Source of the DNA: Gracilinanus agilis
Taxonomy: Eukaryota
Direction: 5' to 3'
NCBI RefSeq assembly: GCF_016433145.1
Contig: NC_058134.1
Span: 30,859,587-30,923,586 of the forward strand
Length of the DNA: 64,000 nt
The notes under the pieces were generated by a model, which was given only the letters and a program-made list of their open reading frames with translations, did no database searches and was not told where the DNA came from. Shown here one piece after another: positions 52,601-64,000 of this stretch (within the stretch, counting starts at the first letter, position 1; the number at the start of each line of letters is the position of its first letter). Both the position numbers and the translations under genes were made by a program.

Positions 52601-55600
52601 GCCCAGAACAGCCGGATCTCACCAGCTTGAGCTCCCTCGGCATCTTCTGAGCCTCCTCAAGGGCTTCCAGAGATGGAGATACCCTCGGGCCATCCGCACG
52701 GGAAAGTTTCCTGTGGTGGGAAGGAATTCCATCCCAGGGAGCCCCCGGACCAACGGTCCTCCGGCATCTCTGGACTCCGGCCCCAGCCCTCGGCAGACCT
52801 TTCTGGTCCCACGGTAAAGCCTGGTGGCTGACCGGCAGTGGCCTGGCCGGTGGGGGCCTCTGAATGGGGATCAGGGGGTGCCGCAGCCTCTCATGCTTCA
52901 TGTGAAGTGAGTTCGGCTCGGGGTTCAGCAGCTCGAGCTCCGAGCTCCGGAGGATCTGTCCAAAGCGCATCTGACAGAACCGGCCCGACAGTCTCGCCTT
53001 GGGCCCGACAGGCGATTCAGGGAATTCTGCCACAAGGAGGTGCGTCTCGACAGTATGGCAAGAGAAAAGGGGAGTCAGGGGTGAACAGGGCGGGGTGCGC
53101 AGGAGAGCGCGAGGATGCTTCGAAAGAAGGCTGCACCCCGTTTCCTGAGACCCGTCCAGAGCTCTCCAAGCCCGTGGGGGCAGCGGGATGGACCGTCCCC
53201 AGAGCCTGGACAGACAGAGCCCACGGATGGCCACAGTCAGCCAAGACCAAGCACGCGGGGAGCGTCTGAGGCGCGGCGCGGCCTGGCTAGATGCCAGTGT
53301 GAGGACACGGCGGACCATCCTCACAGAATCAGTCTGAAGAATGTTAAAGCTGAGGCAGAGCACTTAAAAGGGTCTGAGCCGACACTGAAACTGGGCCCAG
53401 AGGCTGCCACATCCAGAATCATCAAGTCCTCCTTGTGGCCCAGCACCTTCCCAAGTGTCCAGCCTTCGTCCCCTTTGCTCTCCCCCACTTACTGGGACAT
53501 AGAGCTGCTCGGGCCTCCTTTGGGCCTCCTTGGGCTCTCTGGTGCCAGGCATGGCTGCCCCCCAACCGCTTCTCTGTGCCCTCCTCTCAGCCACCCTCAC
53601 TTCCCTGATGTCCACACGTTCCTCCCTATCAGACACGGCCTCCTCAAGGGCGGGGGGCCTGCGCAGGGGAGGGGGGACGATGCCCAGCTTCTGCCAAGGA
53701 GGGGTCACCAAGGCCTTTCTCCCCCTGGCGGAGGGCCCAGAGCTGCCTCCCGGTACATCTGTCTGCCATGTTGAGGCCACTTGGGTGGGGCTCTCGTGCC
53801 TCATTAAAGATGGGGTGCAGCGAGGCTCCCTGACAGAGCTGTTTCCCCTGAAGATGCCGCTCACCATGCCCGCTGCCACAAGGGGCCCTTCCTCCCCGGC
53901 AGGGCCCTTCCACCGGCTGGAGGCGGGGGGGTGGGGGGTGGGGAAAGGGGGCGGGTAGGACAGAGAAGGGAGACGCAGGGAAAGCCCATCAGGATGAGGG
54001 AGGAGGGCGGCCGCCCAGGCCTTCAGAGCCCAACTGACCGGCTCAGCTTTTAAAAATCCACTTTTTAGACACGGAAGTAATCGCACACCTTCCTTCCCGC
54101 CAGGCCGAGTGCGGCACCCCCAGTTTCCCTCCAAGCTCCCTTGGCTCCCATCCCCCCTCCACCTCCCCTCATAGGGACAGCCAGGGTCAGAGGTCACCCA
54201 GAGGGTTCCCGTCCGGCCGAGGCCTTCTCGGTCATTGACGCCATCACTGGACCCAACTGAGGACAGGGCGGGGGCAGTTCTGGCTCCCAACGGCCTCCCC
54301 AAGAAGAGCCTCCTTGGGACGTGGCCCAGCACGGGGCACCTCATGGGCAGAAGCCGGGTCCTTCCTTCCAGTGATGGAGCCCCCACAAGTCTCCCCAAGT
54401 CGTGTTTAGACATAAACGCCCCCATCAGGGGCCTGAATGCGCTCATGATCTGCACTTGGGCCGATGTCCAGAGTCGACAAAAAGAAACTTAAAAAAGCAC
54501 AGGTTGGCCCGCAGGGAGAGTGAGGGGGACAGACGGACTCCAGGCCGCCCCCCCCCCCGCACCCCAGAGCCCAGCGCGCACTTAGGCTCAGGGTCCCCTC
54601 TGATGCCCACCTGGAGCTCAGGAGAGTGGGGGGGCTGTCCTGCCTGGCCACTCCTCTGGGGGAGCCCCATTCTGAGCCCAGCTCGTGCTCTCCAGCGGCC
54701 TCTGAAAAGTCAACATCCAGGTCTGAACTGGACAGCTTTGAGACACTTCCCTGACAGGAGAGACGGCAGCAGAGCCTGGGGGACCCCGAAAGAGGCCACA
54801 GAGCCCTGGCTTCGAGGCGCAGCAAAGAGATAAGGGGGGGCAGAGCTGGAAGCCAGGCGGTGCCCCCCTCATGCCCGCAGGGCTCTCCCAGGGACTTGCC
54901 ATGCATATGGGTGAATGGATTTGCTCCTGGACATGGCAGGCCTTCTGTGGCTGGTGTGGGGGAGACTTGAGGCGGACAGATCCCCCCCCCATTCCAGGAC
55001 TCCCTGGGGAGTGGGGGAAGTGAGCGGCTCAGCGAAGGTCCAGGAGCCAAGACCCGGGGCAACTGACCCTTTGGCACTTAAGACACTGCCCGCTCCCTGC
55101 CTGTGTCTATGAAGCCTCGCCATGGGCGGGCAGCGATGCCCCCTTGGGCAGCAGCGAGCCCCCAAGTGCTCGTAAAAAAGATGGAGTCCTCGGCGCCTCC
55201 TGGGGACAGACACGGAAGGACCTTGTGGGGGCCAAAGCCCAGTGCCCCTGGGCCCAGAGACCTCCAGCTTTCCCTGCTTAGCCAAGTAATCCGACCCAGG
55301 GTTCAAGAGCATTTGTGTGGGTGCCACCCTCCCCACCCAACCCCAGCCTCTTGGGGCTGCTCATCCTCAGAGAAGGTCTGGGGAGGAGCCCGCCTGGGCC
55401 CCCACTGCCACCCCCTCACTTTCTCCAAAGCTTCAAGGCTGATGGCTGGGCCCCCAGGCCTCCCTGGCCCCCCAGCAGGCACACACCTTGGCTGTTACCA
55501 GGAGGAGCCGGGAGTCTGCTCCCTTCTCCCAGACTTGGGGGGGCCTGACGAGGATAGAGGGGTCCTTAGCAGGTGTGGGAGGGGGTGCAGGGCCGCCCCA

Positions 55601-58600
55601 TCACATCCCCAAAGTCTTGCCATCTGAGAGCAAGGGGGGACCCCTGCCCCCCATTTCCTTCTCGCCATCCTCATCTCTTTCTCTTCCCGGTTTCTCCGGC
55701 AGTGGGGAGAAGCCACCCGCAGGGGGTCTGAACGCAGACGTTCTCCCGGTGTCTCCCTCCTTTCAGGATCCCAGCAGAGAGTGGCTCCGGCCCAGCCCAG
55801 CCCACGCACACCCGGGCCTCATGGCCCAAGAGAGCTGCCCGGCCTCCATTACGGGCTCTGGGTGCAAGAGGAGCGGCCCAGGCCGGAGGGACAAGAAGGC
55901 CGGCCCTGGCTCTGCCGTGCCCAGACAGCGGCTCCCCTAGAAGGCGGGTTTTCTGGGAAAACCTAGAAACAGCCGCCCAGGAGGCAGCGGGGCAGGCCCA
56001 GCCCTGCAGTCAGGGAGGCTCTTCTTGGGGTGGCCGCAGACCCCTGGGCCAGGGGCGGAGGAGGCGGCCATGAGGGCTCTGGAGAGGCCCCGCAGGTGCC
56101 GCCCCAATGCCCAAGAAGGGACACACAGCGGCGCGCCTGGTTTTTGCCAGAAGGTTTGGGGTGGGGGCCCCCCTCACCGGACACCCAAGCACGCGGCCTG
56201 GGAAGTGCGGCCCTGGGTGGCGTCACGAGTGCCTGTGGGCTGCCCAGAACAAGAGCCCCCCCCCATCGTCTCCCTGGGCTGCTGCTCGACTGGGGGCTCA
56301 GGGGGGAGCCTGCTGGCCCCTTCCCTGGGGCTCCCCCCCACCCGTCAGGCTTGGAGAGGCCTGAGCAGAGGGGCCGCATGATGGGGGGGGGGATACTGGA
56401 CACTTCACCGGGTCCAGCTGGGGAGGACAGAGACTGAGTCACTTTGGGGAAACTGAGGACAAGTCCGTTTGGAGAGTTCAGACACGGGGGACGAGGCTCT
56501 GAACCAAAGAAAGGCCGGGACTCTGGAGAGAGCAGGAAGGGGTGCGGGTGCAGGAGAAGGAAGCCAGATGATGGGTGGGTTTGGGGGGGAACGTCCCGAG
56601 GTCTGATCTGGACAGGCTGAGCCAGAGCAGCAGCCTTCTTGGGACGTCCAGAAGGCACGTGAAGATGACCGAACCCCAAGGTCTAGGGGTTGCCTGCAGC
56701 AGGTATTGGGGTGTCCATCAGGAAAGCATCAAGGAGGAGATGCCACGGCGTGCGCCCCAAAGAGATGAGGTGGCCAGGCAGGGAGGAGATGTGTGAGAGA
56801 ATGGGGTTCGAAGACAAGAGAAGGGGGGCTCCAGGGAAGGGGCTGGGCAAGGTCTGACCTCCACAGGGGGCTGACAGGGTGGCAGCTTAATAAGGAGGCG
56901 GCAGCCAGGGTCCGAGCCCCGGGGTGGTTCCCTCCTCTCTGTCACTGTCAAAAGCCCGGCCTGTCCCCCACTAGTACACATAATTAGGGGCTGCCTGGGA
57001 TAAAATTTCCTAATCAAGAGCTTTCACAACAGCGTCCTGCGATCCCATCACTGTGACCAGCCCATAACTTCTTGTGATCTTTCAGAATCCACCGCAGTGA
57101 CTGGCGCCATCGCTCAGCCTCCCTCTGGGTGTGGTGGCGATCCAGGGGAGGGTCTCGATCCAGGACGTGCTCCGGAGGGGCCTCTGGGGCAGTGCAGGGC
57201 CCAGGAAGTCTCCGCTGCTCCCCAGAAGCGCCCCGAGGCTGGCTGCACATATCATAGCAGAGCCAGAGCCCAGAAGCAGCCAGAATAGCCTCTTCACAGC
57301 TCAAACTGGGGCCGGGCCATTGGCTGGTCAGGGTCACAAAAAGGGGGATGTTGGGGTCCCCGGGCCGGGGCCTGCAGCCACGGGTGCCCCGAAGGCCTCC
57401 CACGAGCCCCAGGAGCCCAGGGGACCAAAATGAAAACGTGCAGAACCAGCAGCTTTCTGTATCCCCAGGCCGGGGAGCCCTGCACTGGCCTACAGGACAC
57501 CGTCCTGGGCACGGGGTCAGCTCTCCAGCCGCCCGACCAGAACTAGAGAAAGGAGGGAACTGGGCAGAGCCAAGAGGCTGAGACAAGGAGGGGGGCCGGA
57601 TGCCCAACGCGGGCACAAACAAGGCTGCCGGGGAACACACGGGCATCTGCCCATCCCCCCCGATCTCTTCCCACCCCAGGACACTGAACACAAGGCTGTC
57701 CCCAGTGTAGGGGGTCCCTCCGACAGCAGGGAAACTCTACCTCGACACCCCCAAACGTGCCTCCCACCACCTCTAATCTCCCTGTCCTGTCTGGCTGAGA
57801 GCACCGTCCACCTCCAGCAGGGTTCTGAGCTGGGGTCCGAGACCTCTAAAGTGCGGAGGACCCCCAGCCCAGGGGACAAAATGCCTCTTCCTAAGGCGGC
57901 TCTCAAGGACCTCCAGACTCCCCTTCAAGCTGTCACCCCAGCTGGGCTGAGCCAGGTCAGGTCTGCCCGCTTCTGGCCTAGCTCCTTCTCTTCCTTCCAG
58001 CCAGGTCTATGTGGGCTAACTCCCCCTGGGGTGCCCCCGGTCTCTCGGGAGCCTGGGCTTCTCCTGGGGTGCCCGAGGCCAGTTGGGCTGAGGGGCTCCT
58101 CCTCCTCCCTCAAGCCGTCTCTCAGAGGCCAGCGTCCACCAGGACAGAGCAGGTGATGCAGAGCTCCAGAAGGAAGGTCCGGTCACCTCAGCACAGCCAC
58201 CCTGGCCCAGGTTGAGCATTTATGAGGCCTCCTGGGGGCCTGGAATATGGGCGTCCCTCTATGACCCGCCCCCGGTTCTGGCCTGAGGCGCTGGGCCATC
58301 GGGCTTCCCAGGAGGCTGGAGCCCCCATGCTCACACCCCAAACCCCTTGTCTTCTGGGGACCTTGTCAATCCCTGTCCACCATGGCTGCTGGCTCCAGAC
58401 AGGGAAGATCGAAAACAAGGACTCTGTCTTTTCACACAAACGAAAGGCCTTTTCTCACAGAATTTCCCACTGACACCCCAGAAAGGTTTGTTCCTCGCTT
58501 TTCAGGATGTTGGTAGAGTAAATGGGGAGAGGGACAAAGACCTGGCCCAGACCCCAGAGCTAGTAAGAGATGCCTCAGGCAGAGCTTAGCCTCTGCTCCC

Positions 58601-60766
58601 CTCTGCCCCAGCTGGGGGGGAAGGTGGCCAGGATGCTTCTAAGAAAGGGAGAAAGGACTGGACTTCCCATGGTGGGTGGGTCATTTCCAGACCCGGGCTC
58701 TGGTTCTCGACCTTTCTTCTTCTAACTTTCATTTCCCAAAACTTTAAGAATTTCTCTTATGCCTAGGAATCTCCTCTTCCCCAAATTTTGTTCCTGTTTT
58801 CCCATTTCTGCCTATATATTTCCAACGTTCCTAGAGCTGAATTCTCACGCTATAATCTGCCCCAAACTGGCTCCGTCTAGCACAAGGAGTACCCCAGAAT
58901 TCTTTTACATGTGATGCTTTGGGTGAATGAAAATACATTAATTTCCTGCTTCAGCAGATCTCCAAGGGAGACAAACTTCATGAGGAACACATAATATCTC
59001 TTCTAAAAATTCACCGACAGCACGGGCCCACGGGAAGCTAGGCCCTAAAGGCTTAAAAGTAGACCGAAGGCCAGCCTAAGGAATCCATTCCCAAACCCTG
59101 GGTTTGATGCCTTTTAATAAGGCACCACCTAAGCCAAATCGCCCAAATGGGTGCCGCTGCGATGCTGCCAGGGGTTGGGCCTCCCTGGGCTTCCTTGTGT
59201 GCCCGACTAGAACAGCAATACAAAAGGAAGCGCCTGGCTGGGCCTCGGTGACCTCAGTCACTACACGGGCCAGCGCCGACCGCCCAGAGCTCATTTCCCT
59301 CAGCTTCAGACAGGGCCACAACAGAAACAGGCCCAGGCCCGAGCCTCCAGGGTATCCGGCACTCAGAATGCTGGTCCTCATGAACAGGAGACCGCTTCTT
59401 CTGGGGGTGCTGCTGGGCACGAACCAGCACCCACCTTTCCAGGCCAACCACACCATTCAGCCTTGGGCCACAAGGACTCCTGGGGCACCCAGTGGCCCCG
59501 TAGTCCATGCTGAGGCCTCCGAGAGCCCAGACAGGCCCTTCTACCAGAGGCTTGGGGGGGTCTTCAGAAGGCAGCAGCAGGCCCCAGACGGAGCCTCCAC
59601 AGAGAGGCTTCCCTGAGGCGCGATGTGGGAGCAGTCAGGCCCCCATCACCAGGAAAAAGCCAGCTGAGGCCCAAACACGACCCCACTGAAGCTCGTTGTA
59701 ACGCCAGCGCCCCCATGCCCGGTTGGAGTAGCAGGCGGCCAAGTCTCTGGGGGCCGTCTAACGAGTCTGAAAAGATGTAAAGAAACCAGTCCAGAAGGAA
59801 AGATGGACAAAATGGAGCAGGGGGCCATGCTGGCCAAGTGTACCAAAAGCCTCCAGACACGGATCCTCTCCTCAGAATGGAAACATTCTTCCTGAGTCAC
59901 TTGTCAAATTCAGAATTTAAGGGAAAACGCCCTTGGGGGGGCCGAGGAAAGGTCCATCCTGGGGGCGCCCAGGGCATGGCCAAGGGAGATTCTGTGACGT
60001 CTTCCACCAGGGGGGATCTTCTGGGAGAGCTGGGCCAAAGGCAGTCTTGTCACTCCCTCAGGGCCTTCCAGAGGCCTCTCCCACCTTTCAGGCGGAGTTC
60101 CTTCAGGCACAGCCCAGCACCAGTCCTGCTGCCCTCTCTGAAGGCTTCTGCCCCTCCCGCCCAAGGCTGCTGCTGGTGGCAAGGCCTGCTGAGCGGCTCT
60201 TCGGACCAGACTCTGAGCTGCATAAACACTCAGAGGGGCCTTTCCTTCCCCTCCAGACTCCTGGGGCTTCTGGAGCAGCACAGATAATACGTTTCCCTAC
60301 CAAGACTAATAGCGGATGGGGTGCAGGGAGGGGCAGTTTTCCTGGCTCAAACAGGGTGGCAGACACCCAAGAGTCTCCCCCAGAGAGAAGCACCCCGTGC
60401 CCTCCCCTGACTGTTTGGGACCCTTCGAGGACCCCCGGATGCTCTTCCAGCAGAACTTTGCCCCTGTTTTCAGTGAGGATTGTCCAGCTGCTTTTCCAGT
60501 GTGATCCTTTAGAAGTCAGAGCAGTTTCTGAGATAGCTTTCACTTGTTTGAATGCTTCTGTACCCACATCTGTTAAATTACTCCACACATTTGGGCAAAA
60601 TCATGCAGGCCTCGCAGTTTGCCTAAAGCCTGATGGACAGCTTGGAAATGTGCCTTTTCTTTCTGCTTTAATTTTTTTCCTTTGTAAGCGGGTCTCAGTT
60701 GTTTGCCTTACTGGGAGATCTTCACCAACTGAAGGTTTCCCCCCAGTCTAGAAACCCCAGTAATCT

Positions 60767-60967
60767 TGGTTTTTTAAAAATTAATTAATTTTTCTGAGCC
60801 CTTAACTTCTGTGTATTGGCTCCTAGGTGGAATAGTGGTAAGGGTGGGCAATGGGGGTCAAGTGACTTGCCCAGGGTCACACAGCTGGGAAGTGTCTGAG
60901 GCCGGATTTGAACCTAGGACCTCCCGTCTCTAGGCCTCTCAATCCACTGAGCTACCCAGCTGCCCCC
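60767..60967 (-). mobile_element. Young SINE1_Mdo-type SINE in the UBE2E1 intron
   Basis: Perfect 15-bp TSD AAACCCCAGTAATCT at 60752-60766 and 60968-60982. Confidence 0.92.
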
Positions 60968-63900
60968 AAACCCCAGTAATCTGCCCCAAGTACTTAATCC
61001 CTTTTAGAGCCCCTCAAGTGCTCAGAGCTTACCTGACCACCCTGGTTTTGTTTCTTTTCTAACTGTGCCTGCTTGTGTTATTGTGGCAATATCTCAAATT
61101 CTTTTTGGATTGCTGTTACAATAATGGAGATTCATTGGGGAAAATTTGGGGAATTTTCTGTCTGGATCTCCAAGGGGGCTGGAGGTTGCCTAAGAAGAAC
61201 CCCTGGAGAAATATGGGCATGTCCTAGGTGGGAAGGTCCGCTGGAGCCTCTGTCCAGACCTCCAGAGGCTGGATGACACTCTGCACTGAGGGAATCACAG
61301 AGAATTTGTATCCATCTGATTCTCTCTTGTTCTAGAAAGCTCTGCAGGGACCGGATTTGCCTCCTGCCAGAAGAAGCCCAATTTCCTTTTCCTTCTTTTG
61401 GGATAAGGAAACAAGGACCAAGATAGGCCCTTTGTGAGGGCCAGCAAGAAACCCCTTGTGGGGAGCTCTGAGTCTGGGGGCAATTAGAGACTCTGGAGGA
61501 CAAAGCCTGGGAGAAGTACTCTGGAGGAAGGAGGACTGAGCCTCCTGGAGGGAGAACAGGACAATGAGTTCCAAGTGCACCCCATCCAGTTTGCTGAGCT
61601 CAGAAGTGTTAAGAAGGGGAAGATGAGAGAACTGGCTCTGGAGTGCCTGGTCCATACAGCAGCCTGGGACATAGGGAGCAGGGAGGGATGCCCCCCAGTA
61701 CCTTCCAGTCCAATACAGAGATGTGTGGGACTTCCCAGCCAGAGTAAAGGGTCTTCTTGGGAGGGATCCCCCTCTGGGGCTCCCAGGCTTCTCTTCCTTG
61801 GGTGGGAGGGCAGGAGGCCCCACAGCTCCCTCTCACCGGGTGTTGGGGAGCCTGGGCCAGTCCGCTCTGAGGCGCAGCAGTACCCTGGGGCAGAGGGAGT
61901 ACCTGAGCTAAGCAGTACCTCCGGCCTGCAGGGATAGAGCAGCTTCAGTGTCCCTGACTCCTCGAGGCCCAGAAGTGCTGGGGATAGACTAGGGAAAGGC
62001 ACAAGCATCTTCAGTGTCCAGAGAGCTAACCTGGCCAGACTCAGGAAGATTGCACAAAAGAGAAAAAAGGGCTGCTGGGACTCCCTCAAGTCTGAGACCA
62101 CTCTCAGGAAAAAGTATATTCTTTTTATCACCATTCAGTGGATTCTGATTGAGAAAGGAGAGCACACTGGATGGGGGCTCAGGAAGAACATCATCAGAAA
62201 GTTTAGTGACTCTCCTGCCCCCAGCCAGCACCACCCCTAGACCCGAGGAAGGACAGCCAGCCACACTGCAGGACCCAACCTGCCAGGAGAAGTCGGGGCT
62301 CACAGAGCCACTTGTTCCCCGTCCTCAGGGCTGGCACCCTTCTCTGACATCCAGATCTCTAAGAATTCCCACCAATGAAATTCCATTCTCTTTTCTCACC
62401 AACCAAATTGTTTATCTGAGCTGACCAAGGATGGAATGGCCAGATGAGCCTCCCATCTCCAACCTTTTGTGGAAGTGAGCAGTCATTTGCCAGAAGGCAA
62501 AAAGCAAGAAAACGAATGGTAGATCAACCCTCTATAATGGACAATCAACACCTCACGGCTCTGAAATGGAAGCTCGAATGATCGGAGCATGGCCTCTTCT
62601 CACGTGGGGGAGACTCTTCTGGGCAGCCTGTCTCAGGCTGCTTCCTCTCAGGGGCAAAGCGCCCGGCGGACACCTTCTCTACTGGCACCCGGCTCTGCCC
62701 AGGACGTTCTTTAGCCCGCCTTCCGAGGGTGCTCCCGGGTGGACGCCTGCGAGGGTCTCCTGAACGTCCACATTCCGCTGCTGTTCCTGCAGAAGAACGT
62801 CTCTGGCGTCACAGAACCCCAGGATAAAGGTCCGCCTGGCACGTGGAGGCCCAGCGAGGCCGGCCCTGCTGCTCTGCCCTGTGACCCGGCCAAGGGCTGG
62901 GCTGGCTGGCACGACCTCCGTGGGCTGCTCCGGCCATCCGGCCGTCTCACAGGCACAGCTACGAAAGTCATTAAACCGCGACCTGTAAATCTGGCCTCCT
63001 TTTTAAACTTTGTGTCACTTTTGTTTTCAGCATCAATGGTCGCTCATAAAGAGAACACAAACGTGATTTCGGGGGCTTCTGTCTTTCTTTGGGACCCTCA
63101 GAAAGGTGGGCGCAGCCCACCGAAGGAAAGCCTGGGAAGGCCTCTTCACAGACAAAACCCAGGCAAGCGACTGCGTCAGCAGACGAGGCTCAGACAAAGC
63201 GGAGCGACTCTGGGCTGGCGAGCGCGCACCGGGGGCCAGGAGGGGCCTCCTGATTTCAGGCCCAACACGGGGCCGTCTCTAAAGACACCTTCCCTGACAG
63301 CGAATCCGGCATCCCAGAAACCGGAGCCAGGAAAGACCTTCCCGGCCATCCCTGCCAACGTCCCATTCTGATAAGGAAACTCCGAGGGGCCCCGAACCCC
63401 CAGAAACGGCTTTTAATGCCTCATGGAGAAATCGGTCCGAAGGCCGAAAGCCAATTAAGAAAGCCTAACGCGGCCCTTCCATGGTGTTGCTGCTCACAGC
63501 GATGCTTGGGCTTTCTCGGCGTCTCTTTCCTCCGGTCTCAGATGGCGGCCTCTCTGGGTGCGCCCAGCAGAGCTGTGCCCTCATCCGTGCCCCGTGCCAG
63601 CCTTGTCTCGGAGGCAGAGCCCCGGGCAGCACCGAAACCCACCCTAGAACACCCTCCAGCAGGAGGCTCGGAGGAGGGCAGACACGGAGGCCCCGAAGGG
63701 CCGCGGAGGGGCTGGCGTGGAGCCGGCCTGCTCGGCAGAACATTGCTCTGAATCGGAGACAACCCAGACAAGGGCTGTATCTCGGTCCGCTGGCATAATT
63801 GTGAAAATCCATGTCACTACTCAGGCAGAAGAGCAGGGAGGGCTGGCCCAGGCTCACATGGTCAGCAAGCGATCTGCGGCCACATATGAACCCAGGACCT

Positions 63901-64000
63901 TGTGTGTCTAGACCGGGCTCTCCCCCGGCTGCCCCAGGCGTAGAGCACAAAGTCGGTCAAAAGTTTTATAGCCTCTGCTGGGCCTCCCGACAGTCCGAGA

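Noticed and set aside
50000-64000. Many long ORFs in the GC-rich region (e.g. 53364-54455, 363 aa; 59933-60751, 272 aa; 52584-53363)
   Set aside because: Pro/Gly/Arg/Ala-rich, overlapping on both strands, with no recognisable domain. Expected from stop-codon scarcity in GC-rich intronic DNA.
49605-64000. Upstream UBE2E1 exon (RIQKELADITLDPPPNC) and N-terminal exons
   Set aside because: Searched by eye and not found. Consistent with the very long corresponding intron in human, so they are presumed beyond the window.

Overview
Mammalian (marsupial, opossum-like) genomic DNA. The species call is inferred from abundant SINE1_Mdo-type SINEs, marsupial L1s and an RTE-tailed SINE. The window holds the conserved vertebrate block RPL15 (minus; complete, 3 coding exons, 615 nt = 204 aa + stop), NKIRAS1/kappaB-Ras1 (plus; complete CDS, 3 coding exons, 573 nt = 190 aa + stop) and the last three coding exons of UBE2E1 (minus; 5' exons lie beyond the right edge). 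RPL15 and NKIRAS1 share a CpG-island bidirectional promoter at about 34.6-35.8 kb. The first ~30 kb has no recognisable gene and is transposon-rich: a nested L1 complex at ~15-26 kb, two solo LTRs with intact 4-bp TSDs, hAT and Tc1/mariner MITEs, CR1/L2/MIR relics and a 183-N gap. Near 43.1 kb the sequence switches abruptly from AT-rich and repeat-dense to GC-rich and repeat-poor. The most unusual object is a 272-bp insertion (10666-10937) with TGT...ACA ends, a 4-bp TSD and ~53-bp terminal inverted repeats, which resembles a Ginger-type or integrase-mobilised MITE. Most ORF-track entries are spurious. There are no CRISPR, rRNA or tRNA genes. Comparisons to human and repeat-family names are from memory, not database searches.
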